From Candidatus Saccharimonadota bacterium (GTDB taxonomy: Bacteria > Patescibacteriota > Gracilibacteria > Absconditabacterales > Absconditicoccaceae), in assembly GCA_030429145.1 (NCBI GenBank), contig JAUIDC010000001.1, positions 270,001 through 302,000 on the forward strand: DNA of 32,000 nucleotides. Reading direction: 5' to 3'. A program made the position numbers and the translations under genes. Positions within the stretch are counted from its first letter, which is position 1. Every line of letters starts with the position of its first letter. Shown in pieces: positions 1 through 9,462 of this stretch. The notes below the pieces were generated by a model. That model worked only from the letters and a program-made list of their open reading frames with translations. It had not been told where the DNA came from and did not search any database.

Positions 1-1124
1 GCATACTTTTTTGTCACTAACCCCTCTGTATGAAGGTCGACGGCTATTTTAAACGCAGCTTTGCCATTTCTCTTCCCGTTGCGGGTTTGAAGCATATAGA
101 GCCTACCGTCTTCTATAGTAAACTCTATGTCCTGGATGTCCTTTCGGTTCTTTTCCAGGAGTTTTACTATTCGTAGTAGCTCATCGTAGACTTCTGGCAT
201 CTGTTCTTTGAGAACGCTAATCGGTTCGGGAGTACGAATACCTGCCACCACATCTTCTCCTTGTGCATTTAAGAGGAACTCACCATAGAGCTCATTTACA
301 CCGGTTGATGGGTTTCTGGTAAACAATACACCTGTACCACTTTTATCGTTCAAGTTGCCAAACACCATGGCCATAACGACAACGGCTGTACCTAACAGAT
401 CGTCCAGCTTTTCTATCTTTCGATAGTCGACAGCTTTTTGACCATACCAGGATTTAAACACAGCCTCTATAGCCGGGAACAACTGTTCCCACACATCTTG
501 CGGAAACGCATAACCTGCATGCTGTTCAAACACCTCTTCATAAATAGAACAAAGGGTTTCCATATCCTGTGCGCTCATAGCACGGTCATCCGTGATATTA
601 TGTTCTTTTTTATACTGAGCAAATGCATGTTCAAAATGTTCATGATCAATACCCAATACTGTTTCACCCCACATATCGATCAGGCGACGATAACTGTCCC
701 AGGCCATACGTGCGTTAAACATTTTTATAAGACCAGGTATGGTAGCCCTGCTGGTACCGATATTCAATATCGTTTTCAGCATACCAGGCATACTCACTGC
801 AGCACCTGAGCGAGAACTTAAAAGCAGTGGACTTTCCGTATCGCCGAATTTTCTATCGACTTGATCACCTATTTGTCCTACGTAGTCCATGATGAGCTCT
901 TTCTGCTCATCTGTCAGATGTTGGCGTTTCAGATACGGCCCGCATTCTGTAGTAGGGATTACAATGCCTGGTGGCACAGGTATCCCAGCAATACTAGCCA
1001 TTTCAATAAGGCCAAAACCTTTGCCACCGAGTATATCGGGGCCAAGGCCTGCACCATTAGTCGTGGCGCCTAAACCAAAATGATAATTTATCATTGTGTC
1101 ATTACGAGAAACTGTTGTCTGCAT
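1..1124 (-). CDS. ppdK: pyruvate, phosphate dikinase, N-terminal ~374 codons (C-terminal part lies beyond window start)
   Basis: Own reverse-strand translation from ATG 1124..1122: MQTTVSRNDTMINYHFGLG..ILGGKGFGLIEMASIAGIPVPPG..LLLSSRSGAAVSMPGMLKTILNIG..GTGVLFTRNPSTG..GEDVVAGIRTP..IEFTIEDGRLYMLQTRNGKR. These are PPDK N-terminal ATP-grasp motifs. Absent from the track, presumably because no stop lies inside the window. No in-frame TGA. Alternative start ATG 1094..1092. Confidence 0.9.
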   Translation of the reverse strand, partial: MQTTVSRNDTMINYHFGLGATTNGAGLGPDILGGKGFGLIEMASIAGIPVPPGIVIPTTECGPYLKRQHLTDEQKELIMDYVGQIGDQVDRKFGDTESPLLLSSRSGAAVSMPGMLKTILNIGTSRATIPGLIKMFNARMAWDSYRRLIDMWGETVLGIDHEHFEHAFAQYKKEHNITDDRAMSAQDMETLCSIYEEVFEQHAGYAFPQDVWEQLFPAIEAVFKSWYGQKAVDYRKIEKLDDLLGTAVVVMAMVFGNLNDKSGTGVLFTRNPSTGVNELYGEFLLNAQGEDVVAGIRTPEPISVLKEQMPEVYDELLRIVKLLEKNRKDIQDIEFTIEDGRLYMLQTRNGKRNGKAAFKIAVDLHTEGLVTKKY

Positions 1125-1158
1125 CTTTGTTAGTCGTTTTTTTGTTAATTAATGGGTT

Positions 1159-1698
1159 TTACGATTCCTGTAATGTTTTTACCAAATCCAACGCCTCTAC
1201 GATCTCCAGGAACTGATTCGCAGGGTTGTTTGTAGGCTCTTCTATTTCTGTGAGAAGTTGTACATTGTTTGCGTTGAAAAAGTTGAAGCGAAAGACCAAA
1301 AAGGCAGCTCCTTCTTTTGTTCGTTTCAGGAACACTTTTAGGTAAGAAGTTTGAGTGCCAATGAGTGCTTTCTCTTCTTTACGATGAATATGACCGGAAA
1401 GCTCTGATGTCATAGGCTTGGATGTCGCCACCAGTGTTTCCTTATTGGAAAACTCTGCAGGCAAAGGTATGATCAATAAAGACATCCTTGCTGTTTGTTT
1501 CTCCGTCTTTGCTTTTCCTGTCACCTCGGGATCAATGGCGTCCTGAAACAGGCGGCGTGTTGAATGTTTGCGTTTCTGCTCTGCTTGAGACATAATTGCA
1601 TAGTAAAACACTAACCACCCTCTCTTTTCGTATAATTGAGGGGTAATGATTCCATTTTCAATCAACCATTGTGTTGTAATGTGCGAGTTTGTGGACAT
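1159..1698 (-). CDS. hypothetical protein (179 aa)
   Basis: Track ORF with ATG start and TAA stop, no TGA. Tight spacing to ppdK on the same strand. No motif I recognise. Confidence 0.55.
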   Translation of the reverse strand: MSTNSHITTQWLIENGIITPQLYEKRGWLVFYYAIMSQAEQKRKHSTRRLFQDAIDPEVTGKAKTEKQTARMSLLIIPLPAEFSNKETLVATSKPMTSELSGHIHRKEEKALIGTQTSYLKVFLKRTKEGAAFLVFRFNFFNANNVQLLTEIEEPTNNPANQFLEIVEALDLVKTLQES

Positions 1699-1981
1699 TC
1701 GATTTTGTTTTAATGTTGTTTTTTAATAGTTTTAATGTAATTTTTTGAAGAATAGAAGGCCTCCCTCATGTGGGAGCCTCTTTGTTTTTTAGTTTCATAA
1801 ATCGTTTTTTGGCAAATGTTAATGAACAATAATCTTCCCATTTTTTTGGAAAGACTTCGTTTATACAAAATGTCAAACTCACAACAAGGAAATATTTCAC
1901 AAAATGCATGGCAAATCGGTGGGATTTTATTATAATAGATAAATTACCTGTGTATTTTTTAAAAAAGATATAAATATCCAC

Positions 1982-3250
1982 ATGTTGATCCCTAGACCAA
2001 GATATGTATCTCAGCTCAGAAGCGCCATAGACAATCCTTCTATCAAGTGTATTGTGCTCGATGGCCCAAGACAAGCCGGAAAGACGACGCTCCTTAAACA
2101 CATCTACGATGACGACTCTGTGGAGATGAAAAAATATTATTATAGCTTTGATGATCAACTCAGCACAAAGCAGTTTAAAGACAGCCAAGAGTTTATCTCT
2201 TTTATGCAGATAAAATTTGGGATCGATTTTTCGAAACAGAATATCTTGTTTCTCAATGAGATTCAATACAGCAAAAATATCGGAACGATCATCCACGATC
2301 TCATCAATGAACATCAAATCAATACGAAAATTGTGGCCACATGAATCACGCAAGGAGAGTACAAGGATTTTCTGAAGTTGGATGCTGCAGACTTTACGGT
2401 CATCACTATCCATACGCTTAGTCTTGTTGAGTTTCTCGAATACAAGTGAATACATACAAAACATCTTGATCCGCTCAAACTCAGTAGTATCCTTTTCTCC
2501 GAGATAGAACCGCTCCTCAAAGAGTTTATCACGCGATGAGCATATCCGAGTGTCGTGGTTGCAAAAACTGCTGATGAAAAGAAAGAAGCACTCAAGCATC
2601 TCATGCAGTCGATCATCATGAAAGATGTGAGCTTCTGGTTCCGTAGAGAGGAGATCGCTTATTTCGAACAGATTTTAGCAATTATCAATGACCAACACTC
2701 ACGCATCCACAACAAGCGAGCGATCAAAAACACCTATGAGTTCCCTGCCAAACTGATAGACAAATATACACAATTTCTTGAAGATCACTTTCTCATCACA
2801 ACACTTTCGCATTTCTACACCGACAAAACAAGAGAGGTTTCACACAAAAAAAATTCTTATCTTCTCGACATGGGCATCAAAAATTATCTCAACAATACAT
2901 TCTCACCGCTCCTCCACGATCCTTTTATCATGCGTGATATCGCACTACAAGAGATCTACAAAAGCATTCCTGCAGATCACCACATAGCAGCCTATCAGAA
3001 AATCAATGGATCGAAAATTGATTATGTCGTCTGTAGCGATAAGCATATCATCCCTGTAGTAGTAGGAGATAAAAATACAGAAAGCATACCCAAGGTTTTT
3101 GCAGGATTTTCTGAACACTATGGAGAAAAAATTGAAACACTCATAAAGACTACCGCCTCTTTTAGTAGCATGAACTATCTAGGCGAAAAACCAGTATATG
3201 TGATCCCCTACTTTCTCATAGGAAAATATCTCGCTGAAAATGCAAAATAA
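1982..3250 (+). CDS. AAA+ ATPase, COG1373 / AAA_14 + DUF4143 family (422 aa)
   Basis: Track ORFs 1982..2344 and 2555..3250 share a frame and join through TGA at 2342, 2447 and 2537 with no TAA/TAG between. Walker A is LDGPRQAGKTTLL. TGA positions give KIVAT[G]ITQ, LEYK[G]IH and ITR[G]AYPSVV, matching the TGS and GGYP motifs I recall for this family. The overlapping 277-aa minus ORF is antisense noise. Confidence 0.85.
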
Positions 3251-3344
3251 TCATCCTACACACACAATTTTTCTATATCACAAAGAAAAAACTTGTAAAG
3301 TTTCTGCAGATGGCTATGATTAGCCTCCAAACAAAAAACACATT

Positions 3345-3916
3345 ATGAACAAAGTATTCCAATGGGTGAGAAACATAGTCAGCTCTCTGCGTACACCTAC
3401 GACAAGTATACGGTATCACAAAGTCACTAGTGATATATATGCGAGGGTAGATAGACTATACAACTCCTGGGAGGCTTTGTGTATCTATCACCGTCAAGAT
3501 GAAGTACGAATTCTCTACAATCAGCTTGCTGACTATGGAGATGTGTTACTGCATACCGTATCTGACAACAATGAGGGACTAGAAGAAGAGTGTTGCTACT
3601 ATTTTATCAATGAACTGATGCAGGTCTTTCATGACCCCTTCATCTGCTACAACGATGATTTTTCAGACTTTCATAATCTGACAACAATGAGGGACTAGAA
3701 GAAGAGTGTTGCTACTATTTTATCAATGAACTGATGCAGGTCTTTCATGACCCCTTCATCTGCTACAACGATGATTTTTCAGACTTTCATATGATATGTA
3801 TAGAAGCACTACACGCTTTTGATCCCGCTATCATGTTGCCAGAAATAGAGTATCAACGCTATGGCAAAAGAGTCTCATCAAAAAGTATTTTTCACAAAAA
3901 CATCACCGCTCATTAG
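3345..3916 (+). pseudogene. hypothetical protein gene split by a 116-bp tandem duplication (frameshift)
   Basis: Track ORFs 3345..3698 and 3734..3916 both contain MQVFHDPFICYNDDFSDFH, with the Met codons at 3618 and 3734, 116 nt apart. Deleting one copy restores a single 151-aa ORF. As printed, the first ORF ends at TAG within the second copy. Confidence 0.6.
3560..3791. repeat. perfect tandem direct duplication, 2 x 116 bp
   Basis: 3560..3675 and 3676..3791 are identical by eye (atctgacaacaatgagggactagaagaagagtgttgctactattttatcaatgaactgatgcaggtctttcatgaccccttcatctgctacaacgatgatttttcagactttcata). The period of 116 is not a multiple of 3. Confidence 0.9.
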
Positions 3917-4013
3917 GCAGTGATGTTTTAAATTATGTGAAAGCATTTGATTTCTGCACTGAAACGGATATAGATGAGGAGTAAGTAAAAAATTATTCCT
4001 TTTCTTTGTTTGT

Positions 4014-5024
4014 ATGCAGCTGAGAAATATCGAGATCATCGCACCGAGAGGAACGCGAAGAGAAATTGATGGGTTGATAAAGACCTATGAGATTTCTCAT
4101 GTTTGGAAAACTGACATCGATAGCAAAACAAAGAGTATAAGATTTGTGCTCGAAGCGGAACATGCCGATGAGATACTCGATACGCTTGATAAACGTTATA
4201 GTAGTAAAGAAAATTTTAAGGTGATAATCACCTCTATCCTTGCAACCATCCCGAGAGTTGAGGAAGAAGAAAAACCTGAAGAAAAAAAAGAGGAAGTGAA
4301 AAAGCCAACAATTCTTGGTAATCCGAAATTGGTTTCTATCTATCGCGAAGAGCTCCATGCTCGCGTGCTCTGACAGGCTGAACTTTCACCGAACAAGATG
4401 ATCTTGTTTGCGCTTTCAGCTATCGTTGCTGCGATCGGTTTCATTTATAATAATATTCCTATCCTCATTGGATCAATGATGATCGCTCCATTTATCGGTC
4501 CGAACTTAGGTCTTGCGTTTGGTGCGACTATTGCAGACAGCGATCTGATCAAAAAAGGATTGAAAACTCTTGGTGTCGGATTCTTATTGGTCGTTGCCAT
4601 GGGTGCAATCTGGGGAATCGGATTTTTCGATGGCATCCACACGATAGAGCCACTCTTCTTATCGTATGACCTTATTTTCTTGTCGTTCATCTCTGGAGGC
4701 GCAGCTATTATTTCACTCCTTGAAAACAACGACGTCTCTCTTGTTGGTGTAGCAGTTGCAGTTTCTATCTTGCCTCCTCTGACACTCTGCGGAATGCTTC
4801 TCGGTCATGGAGACTATGCGAATGCATTGCAAGCGCTTCTCGTATTTGTTGCAAATATTATTTGTCTGAACTTAGCCGGCATCATGACATTTCATATGGC
4901 TGGCATTCGTCCAGCAAAGCGATGGGAGGCAAAAAAAGCTGAGATACAAGCGAGAAAAGCGACAGTATTTTGGACTGTCATGCTCTTTCTTTTGATGGCT
5001 ATCACGTTCTTTCTCACACAATAA
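4014..5024 (+). CDS. DUF389 / TIGR00341-family membrane protein (336 aa)
   Basis: Track ORFs 4014..4373 and 4398..5024 share a frame and join through TGA at 4371 (..REELHARVL[G]QAELSPNKMILFALSAIVAAIGF..). Soluble N-domain followed by multi-TM domain with MMIAPFIGPNLGLAFG, the typical DUF389 layout. TAA stop. Confidence 0.8.
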
Positions 5025-5137
5025 TCTTGGCTAAGGATATAATTTCACAGAAGCAGAAAACTTTTATTGTAATAGAATAACACAGAGATATAAGCCTAGA
5101 AGGTATCTCATCATTTCTCACAAAAACAAATATACTA

Positions 5138-5965
5138 ATGAAACTACAATGGATACTTGCACTGCTCTTCACGCTCAGCGTGTTGGCCTGCAATAAAAAA
5201 GAATCAAACGATCTATTGCCTAACGGCGATCAGACAGCAACGGCGAATGATAATACATCACAGGCAAAAGTCGGACTTAGCGGCAATACTATAGAGTACC
5301 GCATTGCTACAGCTTATGAGAAAAACTACGTACACTGGTGTCAGCTTTGGGACTCACCATTGAGTAGTTATGAACGAGCTAACGCATGCGGTCCGACCTC
5401 CTATATGATCGCTGCGCATATGATTGCCGCCGCCCATGGCTATGGATTCATGCCGGTTTCCGGCACAAAGCTCAAAGCTATCGTCACTAAGATGGGCGGT
5501 GTCCCTATCTCTATGACACAAATCTCAAGTCACGTCACCAACTACGACTCGCCTCCGCTCAGCACTCTCTCTTATACAACGACCAACAGGAATGCATTCA
5601 AATCTTTTCTGGAGGCTCAGCTCGCCGAAGGCGAGCCACTAATCGTCCCTATTCGCATCTCAGGAAGCCTGAGAACCAACGACAGTCGTTATACGGATGA
5701 AAATTCGTTAACTAACTACGACTTGGATATCGTTGACAAAACTACTCGACCGAACTACATCAACACTTCGGGAGTGGGTCATTTTGTTGTTGTCATAGGG
5801 ATCAAAAAATCTCTCTATACGTGCAACGACTATATTTACTATAAAGACCCTCTTGCACAGTCAGGTGCGACCAAAGTTTGTAGCTACGAGAGATTTCTCT
5901 CCTCTGCTGCCGCCAATGGCGCCTCTAATCTCTACTACGACGCCCTCGTCATCAAAAAACAATAA
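5138..5965 (+). CDS. putative lipoprotein with C39-like (papain-fold) cysteine peptidase domain (275 aa)
   Basis: Signal peptide plus lipobox-like MKLQWILALLFTLSVLAC. Candidate catalytic Cys in ANACGPTSYMIAAHMI and His in GVGHFVVVIGI, as in Peptidase_C39_2-type domains. No TGA, TAA stop. Confidence 0.6.
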   Translation: MKLQWILALLFTLSVLACNKKESNDLLPNGDQTATANDNTSQAKVGLSGNTIEYRIATAYEKNYVHWCQLWDSPLSSYERANACGPTSYMIAAHMIAAAHGYGFMPVSGTKLKAIVTKMGGVPISMTQISSHVTNYDSPPLSTLSYTTTNRNAFKSFLEAQLAEGEPLIVPIRISGSLRTNDSRYTDENSLTNYDLDIVDKTTRPNYINTSGVGHFVVVIGIKKSLYTCNDYIYYKDPLAQSGATKVCSYERFLSSAAANGASNLYYDALVIKKQ

Positions 5966-5985
5966 CATACACGTGAGATACCTGA

Positions 5986-6017
5986 TCCCTGCAGTTTTTC
6001 TGCGGGGATTTTATTTT
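5986..6017 (+). terminator. Rho-independent terminator after the lipoprotein gene
   Basis: tccctgcag-ttttt-ctgcgggga forms a 9-bp stem with one G.U pair, followed by ttttatttt. Its T-run overlaps the TAA of the convergent DUF2779 gene. Confidence 0.5.
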
Positions 6018-7555
6018 GCTATCTCCTCTAACACCTTCTGATAAATACATACCATCGCCCGCGTATCTTGTTTACAGTACTCTAACAAGTTCTGGATATG
6101 TTTATTGCAAATGTCTGTTTCAAATTTTCACTGGACGATGCCGGCGAGCAGCTCTGCTGCGATAGCGCCGTGAGGCACGGCCATGCCGTCGTAGGAGATA
6201 TCTGTGAGCACTGGTAGCACTTTCTTGATAGACGATGAACCGTTGAAGTGACGATGAAAATATAATTGTTCACTGAAGATTTCCATGAGGTCGAAAGTGT
6301 TTTCATTTATCTTTGCAAAGACCTCTGCGTATTGTGGATATCTTTGTGCCATCTCATCATTTCTGGTATTTTCAAATCATTTGAACCACACTACATAGGT
6401 TCCAGCTCCCTCATCAAGATCATCTATGAGCTGTTTCACGATCGTTTCATTGGTATCAGCACCTGCACCGATGATGGCTTCTTTATGTGAGATCGTTCCA
6501 TCCTCGTCCATACGATGTACAGAATATTGGACGACCACCTGTTGCCATGGGCTTGTTCACTGCATGAGTGGCACAGGTCGACTAATGGTCTCATAGTCAT
6601 AGAAGTACATAGGAAAATGAATGTTATCAAACTTTTGTTTGATCCCGTCTGCATCTATGACCTTCTCTCATTGCTGCCAGAGTGAAACATAGTTACTCGA
6701 TTTGTTTTCTTCTCATTTCGCATTACGAAGCATTGCCCTTTCATCCTCCGTAAAATGGTCGATCAAAATTTTTCCTATCTCATAAAACTCTTTCGTCTTG
6801 TTTCTAATCTGTGGAATATTCCAGATGGTTCCCTTCTCCGGCTCTGTACCAAAATAGGTCAAGTGATCACTGCCGTCATACGGATAAACCTTGCAGAACT
6901 CCTCTCTCTCCAATGGAATATTTTCTGTCATAGAACCGATAATATTGAGCACAGCCTCATCACTTTTTAGTTCGTTCGTCACCTCTTCGCGCTGTAACAG
7001 TGCCTCAGGATCTATGTCTCATTCTCTCACATACTCTTTATTGAGATGTACCATAAATGCTCTACCCGAATATTTATCTTTCAATGCTTTCTTCAAAACA
7101 AAATGCTGAAAACTAACATCTGCCTCCATATCATCGAGCAGATTGTTTGCCTTCGTCTTTTTTCTCACACCATTTTTTGCTTTCACCTCTCGGAGGTCAT
7201 ACTTCCCTTCACTATTTCTGACGAGCAAGTCACACTTACAAAACAGATTATCATGGACAATTCCTGCCTGATAGACCACGTCAGGATTGGTCTTAAACGC
7301 GTCCAATGTATTGAGATGATATCACTGATATCGATCGGGATGCTTACGTTGCATAGACTCTACATTGACGATATTTTGTCACTGGAAAAGAGCTAATGCC
7401 CGCTCCTCCACAGCATTACCAATAGCCAACCCATCCATATCTCCATACATCTTGTCCAAAATTTTTGCATACACACCATTTTTATCGTGCACATGCCATC
7501 GAGCAAGATGTGGATTTGTTGTATATTCTACGAAAAGTGATTTTGTTAAGCGCAT
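6011..7555 (-). CDS. DUF2779 domain protein (PD-(D/E)XK-like N-domain; 514 aa)
   Basis: Track ORFs 7019..7306, 6713..6982 and 6128..6352, plus untracked pieces, form one frame from ATG 7555..7553 to TAA 6013..6011. Eight in-frame TGA (tca on + strand) at 7379, 7322, 7019, 6713, 6668, 6557, 6377 and 6128. DUF2779-like motifs: HFPMYFYDYETISRPVPLMQ[G]TSPWQQVVVQYSVH, GSSSIKKVLPVL, LLEYCKQDTRAMV. Confidence 0.85.
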
Positions 7556-7686
7556 ATTGTTATCTATGGATTACTATCTAAGAACATCATCTTATTTTTC
7601 TTTTTTTGAATATCAAACTTTTCCCTGGTTAGGCTTGACAAATAAGTTTTGAAGGCTACATTTTAGTTGGACCAAAACAAAAGATC

Positions 7687-8379
7687 ATGAAAGACTCAGA
7701 ACAAAATATACAACTTTTCACTATCTATCCTATCCTTCAGCAAAAACAGATAGGGTTAATGGAAGATTATAGATTCCTCGTTACTCATCTCGACACACCG
7801 AGAACCACACTCTTCTCTCTTATGCAACCCCATGAGGCGTTACTTTTGTATGCTAACAGTTTGAATAAAGTAATTGGAAGACAACTCATAGGTGGAGAAA
7901 CTGAACCGTTTTTCAGTGATATCCCCCTCGGTAGTTACAATGTCATGCCTCTCGGATTGATCATAGAAGAGAGACCAGATGGACCTTTACAAAAGACACA
8001 CAACTATGCTATACAGCAAAACAAAGAACAGGAATATTTCAAGATTGTAAGCATCATTGCTAAATGTGCACTCAAACTACAATACAAACAACTAAAAAAA
8101 GCAATATTCAGCAATGCAGAACTACAATTTGATACTGACGACGAACCTGTATGGTATATCAACCCACACATGTACGAGATAGACAATCTACGTTTCCTCA
8201 ATCATAAATTTGTGTGTGAGCTGAGAAAAGATGAAAAAATAACCGCCTTTTTCAGAGAGATAAGAAATATATTTCTTACCGATGAGTTCACAACACGGTA
8301 TTTCTTTGAAGAGGTTTTGAAAGTGGGAGAGTTTCTATCCCATGTGACTAGTTTACAAATAGTATATCAGGACAATTAA
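7687..8379 (+). CDS. hypothetical protein (230 aa)
   Basis: Track ORF with ATG start and TAA stop, followed by a strong hairpin terminator. No TGA and no recognisable motif. Confidence 0.6.
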   Translation: MKDSEQNIQLFTIYPILQQKQIGLMEDYRFLVTHLDTPRTTLFSLMQPHEALLLYANSLNKVIGRQLIGGETEPFFSDIPLGSYNVMPLGLIIEERPDGPLQKTHNYAIQQNKEQEYFKIVSIIAKCALKLQYKQLKKAIFSNAELQFDTDDEPVWYINPHMYEIDNLRFLNHKFVCELRKDEKITAFFREIRNIFLTDEFTTRYFFEEVLKVGEFLSHVTSLQIVYQDN

Positions 8380-8384
8380 CCTAT

Positions 8385-8416
8385 AAAAAAGCCGGCGAAT
8401 CGCCGGTTTCTTTTTT
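8385..8416. terminator. bidirectional Rho-independent terminator between convergent genes
   Basis: aaaaaag-CCGGCG-aat-CGCCGG-tttctttttt: GC-only 6-bp stem flanked by an A-run and a T-run. Lies between the stops at 8379 (+) and 8415 (-). Confidence 0.65.
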
Positions 8417-9437
8417 ATATATCTGAATATTTATCTTTTTGAGGGTGAATTCTACTCTCATCATCTATCTGAAAGTGTTTTCTCACTTGATCATACAATA
8501 TTTTATAACCTTCTTTTTGTTCATCGGTTTTTTTCAGAGGAAAATCCGTATCCGTGTTTCGCCACAGCTCCCTCAAAATTTTAATAACCGCGGTATCCCC
8601 AAAGTGATCTCCTAAATCATCATATATTTCCTCATACAATGTAATTATTTTTTGGAACATGGCTTCCCTTTGATCAGGATCTGCAACTGCGTTATAGATA
8701 GTGTGCGTCAGCTCTAATAGCATTCTACCATCCTCTGGCACACCCATACGTCTAATAAGTGATGTTCTTCTTATATCCTGTGGATTCTCTATAGTGTTAT
8801 GTGAATCCATAGCAACCAGCCCACTTTTATACCGGTTAATAAATGTCACTAATTTTTCTTTTTGTTGTAAATCAGTAATAGTACGCATATGAGATATTCT
8901 TCTTTTTAATCACGAATCTTCTATATTCCACGACTCGATCTTCTGCATAATTTTATTACAAGTATCTCGATAATCTAAAAAGTCGTCATCATAATTTTCC
9001 ACATCAAAATCATATATTACATTTTGCACTTGCTGCATCATAACTTCGTATATCAGAAAATCTATTTTTGTTTTTTCATGTGGCAGAATCTGAGAAACCC
9101 ACTGATAAAATTTCTTATGATCAATACGCTGTTTAGTAAATAAAATTTCTTTCGTCGGAACATCTAAAGTATCTCCAAAGGCAAAACCAGCATTTACTGT
9201 TACTAACTCTTTATAGTACTCCACTCATATCTGTTCCATTCCCTTCTTATAAGTGTTCCGTCTAGCTCTTAATTCTTCTATTTTTTGTGCATTTTTTTCC
9301 TCTGTTTCCAAAAACACCTTTTCTACTTCCTCCTTTGTTTCTTGAGAAAGGGCTTGTCGTTTTTCATTTTCTAAGTTATGTAGTTCCTCATCTACCTCAT
9401 AATATTCTTCAAAAGTGCTCTCCTTATTAAAATCCAT
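8415..9437 (-). CDS. hypothetical protein (340 aa), immediately downstream of mutS
   Basis: Track ORFs 9225..9437, 8910..9224 and 8415..8888 share one frame and join through TGA at 9225 and 8910 (..GMEQI[G]VEYYKE.. and ..NIEDS[G]LKRRISHMRT..). ATG 9437..9435, TAA stop. Starts about 25 nt after the mutS stop. Acidic coiled-coil-like N-terminus, no known motif. Confidence 0.6.
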
Positions 9438-9462
9438 CTTTCCATATTGTAATACAAATAAA

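Noticed and set aside
1766-2599. 277-aa minus-strand track ORF
   Set aside because: It is antisense to the AAA+ ATPase gene, whose + frame carries Walker A and family motifs across the same span. The minus product is low-complexity with no motif. It is long only because the sense strand avoids the complementary stop triplets.
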